DNA of 64,000 bases from Octopus vulgaris (lineage: Eukaryota). The stretch covers positions 38,130,001-38,194,000 of the forward strand of contig OX597822.1 of NCBI GenBank assembly GCA_951406725.2, read 5' to 3'. The notes beneath the pieces are model-generated. The model had not been told where the DNA came from and searched no databases. It saw only the letters and a program-made list of their open reading frames with translations. Within the stretch, counting starts at the first letter, position 1. Each line of letters opens with the position of its first letter. Made by a program: the position numbers and the translations under genes. Positions 26,670-41,246 of the stretch are shown one piece after another.

Positions 26670-27220
26670 GTCCTGATGCAGTACCAGGCAGTGGTTGTCA
26701 TGGCTTCTGATCTTAGCTGATTGGAAGTGTTATCATGTACATTGTTTTGTCTTGGTATAAAAGATGGGCTACAGCAAATATTCTGCTCAATACCACAGAT
26801 TTGCTTATCAGTTATTTGACCTTAACCAGATGAGCATGTCCCTTAGTGGATGACGATATGTGCATCTCTGATCACGAGCAGAAATAGTAGGGGAGCATCA
26901 TAACCGTGTGTTGAAAGGAATTCTTGGAGGTTTGAATAATTCACATTTGGAAACATGGGTGGTCCCTTCAACATCCTTAAACAATCCTTATTCAGGGGCC
27001 TTTTGAGCGGGATGGGCCACTCGACCAGAAGAAAATTCTAACTGGGCCCCACCTACAAGGTCATGTGCTATTTATCTTGATAAATGTCGGGCACATTTGG
27101 TTGTGATGCATGTGCTTGGTGTGCCCTTATCAGATGGGTAGTCATGATGGGTATACTGGGCTTTGTATATTTTACCCCAATGTCACTTTGATGGCATGCA
27201 CTGCTCTCTCATTCAATAAT
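26665..27220 (+). mobile_element. Interspersed repeat inserted in triplet microsatellites (family unassigned)
   Basis: Near-identical inverted copy at about 62340-62732 and a short copy at about 27406-27465, all abutting (AAT)n or (AAG)n. Confidence 0.7.
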
Positions 27221-27296
27221 GATGAGGAGGAGGAAGAGGAGCTGAAGGAAGAGGGGAGATGAGGAGGGAGAGGAGGAGGAGGAGGAGGAGGAGGAA

Positions 27297-27367
<71 letters not shown>

Positions 27368-27540
27368 AGAAGAAGAAGAAGAAGAAGAAGAAGAAGAAGA
27401 AGAAGAAATGCCTTGATGCAGTACCAGGCAGTGGCTCTCATGGCTTCTGATCTTAACTAATTGGAAAAACAATATTTTTATAGATATAGATATATATACA
27501 TATGCATATATATACGTGTGTATGTGTGTATATGCATGTA

Positions 27541-27900
27541 TCTCTTTTACTCATTTACTTGTTTCAGTCATGTTACTGTGGCCATGCTGGAGCAACGCTT
27601 TTAGTCGGGCAAATCGACTCCAGGACTTATTCTTTGGAAGCCTAGTACTTATTCTATCGGTCTCTTTTGCCGAACCGCTAAGTTATGGGGACGTAAACAC
27701 ACCAACATCGGATGTCAAGCGATGTTGGAGTGGACAAACACAGTCACAGAAACACATACACAAACACTCACATATATATGTATACATATATCCGACGGGC
27801 TTCTTTCGGTTTCCGTCTACCAAATCCACTCACAAGGCTTTGGTCGGCCCGATGCTATAGTTGAAGACACTTGCCCAAGGTGCCACGCAGTGGGACTGAA
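27541..27900 (-). mobile_element. SINE family A, head-truncated
   Basis: Reverse-complement match. Confidence 0.8.
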
Positions 27901-28533
27901 ATAAATAAAATAAAAACAATATTTTTATACATATATATATACATATGTATATATATACGTGTGTATGTGTGTATATACATGTATGTATATATATAAAAAA
28001 AATTAAATAAATGCGCCCTTTTTAAAGCCTATCCTGGCTCATAGGCCCGGTTTCCGGGTTTCAAAGGCGTATGAGTTCCCCAGATGGACGAGACGCCAGT
28101 CCATCGCAGCGCTACTCATTTTTGCCAGCTGAGTGGACTGGAGCAACGTGTAATGAAGTGTTTTGCTCAAGAACACAACGCGTCGCCCGAAACCACAATC
28201 TTACGATCATGATGCTGACACCCTAACCACTAAGTCACGCGACCCCATGTATGTATATATACATATGTATATATATATGTATATACATACATACACGCAT
28301 ACAGGCATACATATGCATTTTAACATGTGCAACATCAGTCCACAGACGTTTTTTCTCTCTCTCTCCATCTGTTGTATCTCATTCTTTTCTGTAGAAGAGC
28401 GTAGGTACGAAACGTCAAAAACTCTTCCATATTTCCTGAGCGTCAAACTAGTACACCTTGCTTGTTCCTCGACCTGTCTCTGTCTTTTGCTTTTTGTGCA
28501 AATTTGAACCACACACACACACTGACACACAAG

Positions 28534-28587
<54 letters not shown>

Positions 28588-28594
28588 TATGTAT

Positions 28595-28626
<32 letters not shown>

Positions 28627-28929
28627 GGATGTAATTTTTGAAATACACGAAGTGCAGAAAAGGAAACGCGCCCAGTCACAACAACAGCAACAACAACAAC
28701 AAACATTAGAAAGTGCACCGGACAGAGAAAGACAAACAGACACATAATATGATATAAAATACACAATATACGTCCTCCCTTCTTCTTTCCGCCATGACCA
28801 AAACCTTGAATTTGCCGAAGACAGAACGACACATGTCAACTTATGAACTGTAAACGCATAACGATAATGAAAACAATAAATAAATTAAAATACAAAAACA
28901 CAAATAAATCAACATGATATCAAACATAG

Positions 28930-28931
28930 TC

Positions 28932-28964
<33 letters not shown>

Positions 28965-29106
28965 GGACGATGACAATGACAGCAAGCAACAACGACAATA
29001 TAAATAAACAATGTAACAAAACAAACATAAACACCATCAGTGACTACCGTTATCACTGCTATTGCTGCTACTATTACTATTACAGCTACTACTGCTACTT
29101 CTTCTT

Positions 29107-29168
<62 letters not shown>

Positions 29169-30160
29169 ACTACTACTATTTCTACTCCTACTACTACTCC
29201 TACCACTATTACTATTACTACTATTTCTACTACAACACTTAGTACTACTACTACTACAACGCTAACTACTACAGTTACTCAAACTTCTACTACAGCTACC
29301 ACTACTACTACTACAGCTACTACTGCTACTACTACTGCTGCTGCTTCTACTACAGCTACTACTACTACTCCTACTACTACTACTACTACTTCTGCTACTA
29401 CTACTAAAGCTTCTACAACTACTGCTGCTGCTACTACTACTACTACTACTACTACTACCACTACTACTGCAGCTTATGTTGCTACTACCACCACCATGAA
29501 ACCAGCAGCACTACAATATATACAAGAGCCGCTTGTACCATTACCATCATCCCCACCACCACCACTGCTGCTGCTGCTACTACTACTACTTCCATCAACA
29601 CTATCATAACAAAGAACGCCACTACGACAAGCAACACAGCCACCAACAAAGACTCCACCACAACTACTACCAATACTGCCCCACCACAAGAACCACTTCT
29701 ACCACTACCGCCGCCATCTCTGTCAGAACAACAACCACAAGCAATGATATTCCTTGTAGCACCACTACCGCCACCACCATTGCTACTATTACTACTACAA
29801 CCATTACTACCATCACCACCACCAACAACAACACCAAAACCACAGCCACCGCCACCACCACCGCCACTCTAATACGCACTTCTACTACTTCTACCACGTT
29901 CAACACTACAACCAACACTATTATTACTGCCACCGCTACCGCTACTGTTACTACAACAGGGAGAGCACATGATGATTATTGTTGTTGCTGTTGTTGTTAT
30001 GGTGACGACGACGATGACGATGACGACGATGATGATGATGATGATGATGATGACTGTAAAGAAGATGATGATGATGACAACGATAACGACGACGACGACG
30101 ATGATGATGAAGATGATGATGATGATGATGAACATGGTGAGGAGGAGGAGGAAGAGGAGG
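28930..30160. repeat. Compound triplet microsatellite block (CTA/CCA/GAT)
   Basis: Direct inspection. Confidence 0.9.
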
Positions 30161-30788
30161 CAAGAGATGGGTTGCCTCATTATCCGTTGATAATGTAATC
30201 TGTACGGTGTTAGGGCTCTGCGGTGCAGATATGACTGGTAAGGTTTCGGTTTACGCAGAGAGCAAGCAAGGACTGCATCTTATTTAATCGGATTGACAAT
30301 ACACAAACGAAGCAGAGTTACAGATAAGAAACGATTACACGTGGCCAAATCTCCCGCCTTAGTCATCTTTTTCTTCTTCTTCTTCTCCTCCTCCTCTACT
30401 CCCCCTCCTTCCATCTTCTTATTCTTTTTCTTCCATCTTATCGTTTCTCTTCTTTCTTCCTCCTCCTCCTCCTCCTCTACTCCCTCCTTCCATCTTTCCA
30501 TCTTATTCTTTTTCTTCCATCTTATCGTTTCTCTTCTTTCTTCTTACACTCCTCCTCCTCCTTCTTCTTATTCTTCTTCTGACTACTTCTTTGACATCAC
30601 CACCACCACCGACAGCAACAACAGCAACAACCACTATTATCATCATCATCATTGTTATTGTCACTTTGATGATCGTCATTGACATCATTATCATCATCAT
30701 CCTTATAATATTTTAGCTATGTACACATATTTACGAAAACATATATGCTCTGTGTGTATGTGTACATAAACATATATATATTCATATA

Positions 30789-31170
30789 GGCGCAGGAGTG
30801 GCTGTGTGGTAAGTAGCTTGCTTCCTAACCACATGGTTCCGGGTTAAGTCCCACTGCGTGGCACCTTGGTCAAATTTCTTCAAAGCCTCGGGCCGACCAA
30901 AGCCTTGTGAGTGGATTTGGTAGATGGAAACTGAAAGAAGTCTGTCGTATATATATATATATGTGTGTGTGTATGTATTTGTGTGTCTGTGTTTGTCCCT
31001 CCACCATCGCTTGACAACCGATGTAGGTGTATTTACGTACAGTAACTTAGTGGTTCGGCAAACGAGATCGATAGAATAAGTACTAGGCTTACAAAGAATA
31101 AGTCCTGGAGTTGTTTGTTCGACTAAAGGCGGTGCTCCAGCATGACTGAAACAAGTAAAAGAATAAAAGA
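30789..31170 (+). mobile_element. SINE family A
   Basis: Collinear with 10099-10539. Confidence 0.85.
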
Positions 31171-31218
31171 ATATACACATGCATATATATATGTGTGCAC
31201 ACACATACATACACACAC

Positions 31219-31255
<37 letters not shown>

Positions 31256-33063
31256 TGCATATATAGATATACAAACGAAAGAAAAAAAGAGCACTCGGAT
31301 GATTTCTGTTTGGTTGCCAGCGGCTGCCAGCGTCAATTTTCTGTTCGAATTGATTTCAAATTCAGCGTAATGATACACTTTTATAGACTAATTAATGACG
31401 TGAAGGTAATTTTCCCTATAAATCAATAAATAAAGAGTTATTAGTAATTGATTTTTGAAAATTTTGGTAATTTTAGCCAATCGTAAGCCAGAAACGCATT
31501 TATAGCAGTTTCAATAGTAAGAAGCGGAAAATGAGAACTCTTTTGTCTTTCAACGTGCCTGTTGCCATAGTAACAAGCGAACCCTAACAGTCTTTGAAAA
31601 GATCGTCAACTAAAACGTTTATTTGTTATACGCTGTCAAAATTTCGTCGCTCGAAACTACAACCTGTTCACTGACTAAAAAGAAAAATTGTGCTGCACAA
31701 TTTTTTTATCAGGGAACAGGTCGTAGTTTCGAGAAACATACATTTTGACTGTATATCTATAATAATAAAAGCGAAATTCTGTCTGTCCGTCTGGGTCCCC
31801 TGTATCTCAATCTATATTTGCTCTACATAGGCATCTTATATCCTTTTGGAATCAGGATTATTCCGGAATTGCAAATCTGCCCTTCATTTGGTTCTTGAAT
31901 ATCCAGCATTGGGATCTGATTTAAAAGTATTTGGGTTGCAATTTCTAGCAAGTAAATCTTGGCTGATTCATGCTGGCGTTTGTCAGATGACGTCAGAGAT
32001 CAAGGGGGAGATAAGTGACATTCGTTTCGTTAATTTTACTTCGAAATAAAAACCTTGGTACAAATTGGCCAACAGTTGGAATCCAACTTGAGACTGGAAC
32101 AATAGGATGATTACATTACAGAGTTATTTCTCATCCGTCCTTAACTTCTGATCAAACACCACCGGGGCATATAGCCATTATAGACGGATTGTAGTCATGG
32201 TATTTAGCTCTCTTTAGTGTTGGGGTGCAGGACCAATTAGCCTTCCACATGAGCTAGGTTAAAAGTTCGCATGGAGTGCAGCTTTTAAGCTAGTTACAAA
32301 TAAATGTTTAAGTGAATTTTACGGTCTTTTTGTTTCTAAATGGCTAACCTATGTCTTCACAGCTGCAATCGTGATATAAATAATCTTTTCTAATGTATAT
32401 GCACAAGGCCTGAAGGAGGCTACTTGACTGCAAAGGCTCAAAGCTCAACTGCTACTTATTTCACCGACCCCGAAAAGATGAAAGGCAAAATCGAACTCGG
32501 TGGAATTTGAACTCAGAACGTATAGACGAACGAAATGTCATTTTCCGTCTTTATCTTCAGATCAAGGAATAGTCTGTACGGCTAGATTTGAACTCACAAT
32601 CCAATAAGCAAAGAATAGTAGTTACTGACACTGAGCTAGGGATTCTAAAAAAAAAAAAAAACTATCGGTAACAGGAACACAGGTATGGCTGTATGGTTAA
32701 AATGTTCGCTTCATAACCATGAGATACTGGGTTCCGTCCCACTGCGTAGCACCTTGGGCTAGAGTATTCTATGACCTCGAGTTGATTGATGCCTCGAGTG
32801 AAATTTTGTTGACAGAAGCAGTAACAGAAGGAGAGGGAGGGAGAGCACGTGTAAATGTGTTTACATTTAAACCGCCTAAAATCAGTGATGTTGTTGATGT
32901 ACTGCAACATAGACATTCGACAAATAGGCATGGATTAAATAAGCACCAAGTTGAAAAAATTTATTATTGGTGGATGGGGGTCAATATGCTCTACAAAACC
33001 GTTCAGGGCGGTGCTCCATTATGGTCACAATCGAAGAACCAGCAAAAAACTAAATGGATAAAA

Positions 33064-33106
<43 letters not shown>

Positions 33107-33255
33107 GTTTGCAGTGGTGTACAGATATTAATATACACACACACACACACACACAATTTAGAATATATCATTATAATTTTGACATTTAATGATATTTATA
33201 TATAGGCTTGGAACGACTCGTGCGGAACCTTTTCATATGTATTATATTTACACTC

Positions 33256-34281
33256 GGATCTTTTCATTTTGAAGGCCAGATTTTCCTAGTTAACTAAACA
33301 ATTTGAAACTTCGTATACTGGTAGAATGTGTCAAAAGAAAACATTATTGTAAACAAAATTGAAAACAAAATTGTAATTCGTAACTTAAACGTAGTTTAAT
33401 TTTAAGAATTTTAACCAATGAAATCCCAACATCTTCGAATTTTAACCAATGAAATCCCAGCATTGCTGCGTTATCGATATTGATAAAGAAATATAGCAGA
33501 CGCACGACACACACACACACACACACACACTCTCTCTCACTCTCTCAAACACATGCATATACATTTGCACAAGCACATAGTAATTAATATATAAGCGTAC
33601 ACACACATACAAACGGACATATACATACACACACATACGCACACAAGCATACATTACACGTTCGTGTTTTGCCACTTGCCGCAACAAATTTGCACAAAAG
33701 GTAAATAAACCAGAAGGGGGGGTCAATGTTTCATCGTTTCGGGGTCGATAAATTAAGTACCAATTACGCACTGGTGTCAAGGATTTTTTCCCAATTTATA
33801 TCACAGCTTCCGACAAGCTGGGGGCATCCTTTTATGAAAAAATATTTCGCAAATTTTTACAATACTACTCACACTCCACGCGCAAACTCGAGACCGATTT
33901 AGGCATATTATTGTTTTGTTTTTGTTGCTTCTGGCCCTTCAAAACCGTGGGAGAAGCCTTTTCGGTAAAAAAAAAATTTTTTAAATATTCAAAAAATATC
34001 GTTAATATTTTTATTGGGCGACGAAATTAATCGATTTAAGAGATATAGCTGTTATTTCTAGCACATGTAGAAGACAGAAGAAGAGGTAAATAATTTGAGC
34101 TCGAATGATGCGATATCATTGGGTAAAATTCTTAAGATTAAACTACGTTTAAGTTACGAATTACAATTTTGTTTTCAATTTTGTTTACAATAATGTTTTC
34201 TTTTGACACATTCTACCAGTATACGAAGTTTCAAATTGTTTAGTTAACTAGGAAAATCTGGCCTTCAAAATGAAAAGATCC
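33256..34281. mobile_element. Non-autonomous DNA transposon with about 165-bp TIRs, GG termini and an 8-bp TSD (Merlin- or Mutator-like)
   Basis: 33256-33420 is the reverse complement of 34117-34281. Left flank ttacactc recurs as ttacaactc (34282) and exactly at 34457-34464 in a tandem duplicate of the right end. Confidence 0.8.
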
Positions 34282-34314
34282 TTACAACTCATATACATGC
34301 ACGCATACAAACAG

Positions 34315-34382
<68 letters not shown>

Positions 34383-34495
34383 AAATACAGAAGGTCTTTA
34401 CATTTTCAAATTGTTTAGTTAACTAGGAAAATCTGGCCTTCAAAATGAAAAGATCCTTACACTCATATACATGCACACATACAAACAGGCACACA

Positions 34496-34542
<47 letters not shown>

Positions 34543-35550
34543 AAATACAGAAGGTCTTTACATTTTCCCTTCTTGCAGCTAAATAATACTTTCAGCTGAA
34601 GAAACACTTCAAATAAACGCAGAAAGAGAATGGGTTTTTAAAAAGACGAGATAATGACGCTGTGACGTCACAAACTTCGCTATGTCTTGATATTGTTCCT
34701 TCTCCTGTTGTCTCTTTGTGTTTATATATCCATTTGCTTTTCATCCTGTTTCTTTTGCATGTTTACTTTAACTCCCAATTTTACTCAGCTTCTCACTTCT
34801 TGAAATCTCGTCTTACTTTCTCACTTTCTTATATTTCACTCTCTATCGCCTCACTGATTCCACCATTGCCGCCTTTTTTTCTCTCTCCCTCTCTGTTTCC
34901 ATCTCTGTCTGTCTATCTATGCCTCTCTCTCCCTCTCTCGGTCACCCTCTCTCTCTCTCCCACTCTCGTTCTCTCTCTCTCTCTCTCTCTCACACTCACT
35001 CACACACACATACACACACGCACACACACATACACACTATCTTTTGCCTTTCTTTTTCCCATTATCAACAACGTTACTCCCGGTGCCTCCGTCATCACTT
35101 CCATCGTAACAACCAACTGTTTATTTCTTACATTTTTTCAAGTTAATTCCCTTAGTATCACATTTTTAAAGTTAATTCCTTTACCTACGAAAATACTATT
35201 GAATTAAAATCTAGGTTAATTATAAAAAAAATATAAGTAAATTATTTCCAACACATAAAAGTGTTGATTTAATACGCGGAATTTGGTCTGTAATTCAGCA
35301 AATGGTTGCCATTTTGTTACTGGAAGCCATGACACCCGATTCCTTTTTAAGTTCAATGCATATTTACTAACACATAAAGCTTTTTAGTGGTATGTGTCGT
35401 CAATTCACTTATAGAATCAAATAACACCACTATACTGCATCTGTATGTTAGAGAGAGTGTGTGTGTTTATGTGTATGTGTGTGTGTGTGTGTGTGTGTGC
35501 ATGATTGCCACTAATGAGCAAAGCAGTGTGTGTGTGTGTGTGTGTGTGTG

Positions 35551-36135
35551 TGGTAATAAGTTTGCTTCCCAACCATGTAGTTCCGGGTTCAGTCTAACTG
35601 CGTGGCACCTTGAGCAAGTGTCTTCTACTGTAGCTTCCGGCTCATTTAAAGCCTTGTGAGCGGATGTTAGACGGAAACTGAAAGAAGCCTATAATATATA
35701 TGTATGTGTGTGTGTGTGTGTGCACGCATGTATGTGGTAATAAGCTTGCTTCCCAACCACATGGTTCGGGGTTCAGTCCAACTGCGTTGCACCTTTGGCA
35801 AGTGCCTTCTACTGTAGCCTCCGGCTCATTTAAAGCCCTGTGAGTGGATTTGGTAGATGGAAACTGAAAGAAGCCCATCATATGTGTGTGTGTGTGTGAG
35901 TGTGTCTGTGTGTCTTTGTGTCTATGTTTGTCCACCATCACCACCATCGCTTGATAACTAGTGCTAGTGTGTTTACGTCTTCGTAACGTAGCGTTTCAGT
36001 ATAAGAGATCGATAGAATAAGTACCAGGTTTTAAAAAAAGTCCTGGGGGATCGATTCATTCGGCTAAAAAAATTCTTCAAAGCATACTCAAACATGCCTA
36101 CAACCTAATGACAGAAACAAGTAAAAGAGAAAAGA
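35551..36135 (+). mobile_element. SINE family A with duplicated 5' half
   Basis: Two tandem heads (about 35551 and 35735) and one tail. Confidence 0.75.
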
Positions 36136-36946
36136 TTAAAAAATATGTATAGCGAATGTATATATATATATATATAACTCAACTTGTGTGTCTGTGTGTG
36201 TATCTGTATGTGTGTCTGTGTGTTTAACTTCCCGGCACATCTCCTCCTAGCCAACAAATCGTAGAACCACCAAAAATGGGTCACTCAAAGTTTAGGCGAA
36301 TGAAAATTGAACTGCGCTATTTCTGTTCCGAAATTCATCTCGCAAGTGCAAAAATCGATAATGTGTTTGTTTGGGCCTTATCCCATGCATTGAATAGTGA
36401 ACTTTACTCAGTAAGCTGTTTGACGTGGACTGTGTTCACCACGCGTAAATTGCATGAAAAATAAAAAATCAAGATATAAAAACGAATCGCTGTAAACATT
36501 GTAGAAATTCGGTAAAGAAATGAATTTTCGGGATGTAGCCTGGAGGGGTTTTTTCGTATTAATCGTTTGGACTTTGTGAACACATACCAATTGTTTTCAT
36601 AACATTTTTAACGCTTTGAATTAAATGTGACCATTTTGCGTTGAGTTTGCTGTTTGAATCACTTTAACAAAATTTTAGCAGCCCGGATTTTTGATCATCA
36701 CGATACATCGCCAACGATTCCCTGAAACTCTCCCCTGAAATCACCGTTGAGAAATCTATATATATAAAACTCAACTTGTGTGTCTGTGTGTGTATCTGTG
36801 TGTGTGTCTGTGTGTGTATCTGTGTGTGTGTCTGTGTGTGTATCTGTGTGTGTGTGTGTGTGTGTGTATCTGTGTGTGTGTCTGTGTGTTTAACTTTTGG
36901 ATCTACCAAGTTTCATTATTAAGGATGGAAAGTAGTGTGTAGCAAA

Positions 36947-37334
36947 TCTCTATATATAAAGCTGAAGTTGTCTGTGTGTGGCAGGTTTGGTAGCCTTCAA
37001 CTAACACTATCTCCTTCGAGACCCTGCATCGCAAGTTGACCAAAATTGAGATTATGATAGAAGAAGGCTTGCTCTTCAGTCTGTAGAAGATAAAATTCAA
37101 ATCGGACCATTTTAACACCAAAATTTATTTACATCAAAAAGGTGCTTTTTTCTATGAAAATCCCTATTTTTTACGATTTTTGACTGCTGTGTCACCATTT
37201 TTTGGTGTATTTCAACTGGAAAAATGTTCACTTGAAGAGAATAACAAGTTGCATAATGCAAAATTTTTACTTTTTAAAAATTCCAATTCTAAAGGGTTGA
37301 AACAAACCCAAGCAACACCGGTTGATATTGCTAG
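36947..37334 (+). mobile_element. Non-autonomous Helitron-like element
   Basis: A|TCtctatatataaa start, degenerate subterminal hairpin and CTAG|T end. Related CTAG ends also at about 38091 and 43467 (minus). Confidence 0.6.
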
Positions 37335-37364
37335 TATATATATATAAAAGAGAGAGAGAGAGAG

Positions 37365-38053
37365 AGATAATTTATATTAAATCTCTGAGCCAGAGATAAA
37401 TAGTAACAGTATGAAATCGTAAAACATATTTGCCAACTAAATGTGGCGGTCCTATAGAGGACGGTGCTACTGATGTTTTTAGCTCCAGGAAGACATCTCC
37501 TCCAGCTAGCTAACTATTCACAGTCTGTGTCCGATTAGTATTTGCGAGGGAGGCCATCGCTCCCATCTCTAGTCTTACGTGATACACACAGACCCGAATT
37601 TCTGGGTGGTTACCCGTCTTCAGTGTGTGTTAATCACTAGAAATGAAGAACTAATTCCACTCGCAAAATACTATATCCTTTTTCTAGCGACACACTGTCG
37701 CTGATTTCGTAAAAGAGAGAGATAAGTTATATTAAATTTCTGGGCGAGAGAAATCGTAAAATATATTTGCCAACTAAATGTGGTGGTCGTATAGAGGACG
37801 GTGATACTGTTGTTTTTAGCCCCATGAAGACATCTCCTCCAGCGGGCCAACGACACACAGTCTGTGTCCAATTAGTATTTGCGAGGGAGGTCATCGCTCC
37901 TGTCTAGCCTTACATCTTCCTGGGAGCGATGACCTCCCTCGCAAATACTAATTGGACACAGACTGTGTCGTTGGCCTGCTGGAGGAGATGTCTTCCTGGG
38001 ATTAAAAACAACGGTAGCACCATCGTCCATAGAACCGCCACATTTAGTTGGCA

Positions 38054-38058
<5 letters not shown>
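37365..38058. repeat. Two direct copies plus one inverted copy of a roughly 200-bp unit (pseudo-LTR-like arrangement)
   Basis: atttgccaactaaatgtgg...atttgcgagggagg at about 37427-37575 and 37765-37910; inverted at 37925-38058. Confidence 0.7.
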
Positions 38059-38091
<33 letters not shown>

Positions 38092-39149
38092 TAGCTGTTG
38101 GACCCGGCGTTGCTTGTTTTCCATGTTGAATTGCAATTTCTCGTTAGCGTTTCTAAACTTCCACAGGTTATGAAATGCTTTCTCTTTTATATCAGGGGAA
38201 TATGATTTCTATAGATATTATCACTAGAATTTCAAATCTAGCAGTTCGATTTTTCAGGTCATCAGTGACTATTTTTTGTAATGTGTAATGCGTTGTGCCA
38301 AGTATAATAATCATTTATTCGGGGTGCAATTTTCGTATAGTATAGATGTGTTGTCCCTTAATATTTTCCTGTCTAGATATATTTTATGTTGTTGGGTAGC
38401 TTGTTGTAATTACTCCTTATTGAAAGCATAAGGTGAGCCTACGAAGAAGTGTTGTGCTTGTATGGCCAATATGACAGTTGGAGTCGTGACGTTTACAGCT
38501 TTCACGCTTACAAGCGAATTTATAAATTAAGAAAACTCATTGGTTCTTCAGTTTATATACCTTGTGATTTGTTGCTGATTATGAGGATTTTTGATTTTAA
38601 TAGTTTTATAAAATATTATTAGTAATATACTATTTGTAACGTATTATTAGTAATATATTATTTTCAATATATTTTTCTAATATATTATTAGCATTAGTTT
38701 ATGGTTTAGTGTGACGCATTCTGTATTCTGTTTTATATTTTATATCAAAGTTAAACAGGAAAATATTTAAAAAGCACACAGCTGCCTTATAACGATTAAT
38801 CCGACATAAACAGACGATTGTTGATAGAAGCATTATTCATAACATAACAGTGTTAAACTAAACACGGAGATACCTAAGAGTGGACAGCTGTAGTATGGAA
38901 GCAGTGTACAGTGGTCAGTTGTGGAGTGATGACAATTAACACTTGGCCGGATGTGATGTGGTAACATTATAAGGGGCAATAAACAGCTGTGATATGGTGA
39001 CAGAGAACAATGGACAGTGGATAGTTTATGGTTCATGTGTTTATGGAGTTATATATGTCGAAATCACCACCAAATTCTTCGGCTCATAGTTAAATATGTA
39101 AATCAACTAATTACTCGCTCTCTCTTTATATGTATAATTGTTGATAGAA

Positions 39150-39216
<67 letters not shown>

Positions 39217-39269
39217 ACATGGATCAATGTGTTTATCTACTACAATTTATTTTCTCCATCTATTCACAG

Positions 39270-39563
39270 CCTTGCACTCCGCCAACGCCAAAAGTGGTGT
39301 TAGCGGCACAATGAGCAACCCAGGGGCGACGAGTGTAGGAGCCGCTCTTTCAGGGCTCAGCCTTCCCAACATCCCGCCACTGCCCAATATGGCGTTGCCA
39401 AGCATGTATTTCCATAGCAACATGGCTGCCGCAGCCGGTATGGAATGGCCAGGACCGCCTATAGGAAGCTCGCTTGGCCCGCCGCAGACTTCCATGGCTT
39501 CGTATATGACAACACCCGGGGCCGCCTCCAAATGTGACAACAGACTACTGCATACGTCATCAG
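39270..39563 (+). CDS. Arx: C-terminal Pro/Ser/Ala/Met-rich exon of the homeobox gene (ALHSANAKSGVSGTMSNPG...DNRLLHTSS)
   Basis: GC-rich non-repetitive 294-nt open frame. Acceptor ttttctccatctattcacAG, donor CAG|GTAAGC, phase 1 matching the 21661 donor. Composition is typical of transcription-factor effector regions. Confidence 0.8.
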
Positions 39564-40164
39564 GTAAGCTGTTTTGCTCCTCATTGCTCTTCTTCTGCTA
39601 TTATCTGTGCAGTGCCAGTACAGGTAGCCGGTGGCACACATGTGCTAACGGCACACTTAGTGTTAATGGAACAGATAGTGCTAGTGGCACAGACGGTACT
39701 AGTACCGTCTATGCTACCGTCAGCTCTATTGGAGTAAATGCTACTGTGCAAGGATTTTGCATGTTTACATGTTTCTTCACGTCAGTGTCTATATACACAG
39801 TACCAGTCATATATTGAGATCGACGTAAACCACAATAGCGCCGACTCTAAATTTACTTTACACCTCCTCTTCCCGTTTTGAGCATCTGTACAATAAATAC
39901 CAGTTATGCACAATAAATATTCGACCTTACAACAACCACCATTACAGTAAAATTGTAATCTTGTAAAAACATGATTCGCTCTACGTGGTCACTCGAACAG
40001 CTTGAAATAACAGCCAAATCTCCCCCGAATTTCTCCCACCATTGTCAAAGACGAAGGACACTGAATGGATAGACTATCGTCGAAAAGTAATAAGATAAGA
40101 TGATCAAGGATGGAACGGCTTTGATCGTAGACCAACTGAACCGCGGCTGACATACTATAAAATA

Positions 40165-40230
40165 AGCACCACTGCTACTACTACTGCCACTACTACTACC
40201 ATCATCATTACCACCACCACCACCACCACC

Positions 40231-40277
<47 letters not shown>

Positions 40278-40595
40278 CACTCCTACTACTACTTCTACTG
40301 CTATCACCATCATCACCACCACCACCACTATCACCATCACCACATCCATCATTACTACTACTACTAATACTACTACTACCACCACTACTTCTACTGCTAC
40401 TACTACCATCATCATTACCACCACCACTCCTACTACTACTACTACTACTATCACCATCATCACCACCACCACCACCACCACTATCACCATCACTACCTCT
40501 CTCATTACTACTACTACTACTAATACAACTACTACCAACATCACCACCACCATCACCATCAGCACCTCTACTACTACTATTACCACCACCACCAC
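40165..40595. repeat. (CTA/CCA)n block
   Basis: Direct inspection. Confidence 0.9.
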
Positions 40596-41209
40596 TCATA
40601 GGAGCTAAATTTTTGTTTAACCACACAATGCACTTTTAAAAACGGAAGGACAACATTTTACAATGTAGCCCCATATTATGTCAGATTATAAAAACGAGAA
40701 GGTCACGAACAGAAGATCTCTAATTTCCGGTTTACAGGATCGGAGCAGAACTGTATCTAAGCAACAACATTGAAAACTGAAAACACACGTTGGACGTTTG
40801 CACGTTAGACTTCCTTCTATAGTCCCGACACCTCGTCCTTTCCCTCTCACTTCTACAGAAATTGAATATTACTGACTGCGTCTTGTGCGCTGAAAACAGC
40901 AAGTAACACACCTTACTTACCATAGATCTATATATTAAAATCTCGTACAGTTTCGCATAGCTTCGGAATTCTCATCCAAGGTGGAGAAGAGTACCAACGT
41001 TCCCAAGTGGCAGACTTAGTCATCGTTGAGAACTATCTCTCTACATGAAACCATTGGTAGCCTTGTTGAGCTACAAATAAAGAATATTTATCCACCTATA
41101 CGGTGTTGTGCACTCCTTCTTGCTACTCGATATTAGCATGTGTGTGTGTATGTGTGTGTTTGTGTGTATGTGTGTATGAATTTATGTATATATACATTAT
41201 ATATGGATG

Positions 41210-41246
<37 letters not shown>

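Noticed and set aside
29040-30198. Long Thr-rich and Asp-rich ORFs (mucin-like)
   Set aside because: They are translations of triplet microsatellites, open in several frames and on both strands, with no splice support.
33456-33495. PSIAAL peptide resembling the OAR motif of aristaless-type proteins
   Set aside because: It continues SILIKK rather than RLKA, lies inside a TIR element and is upstream of the Pro-rich exon.
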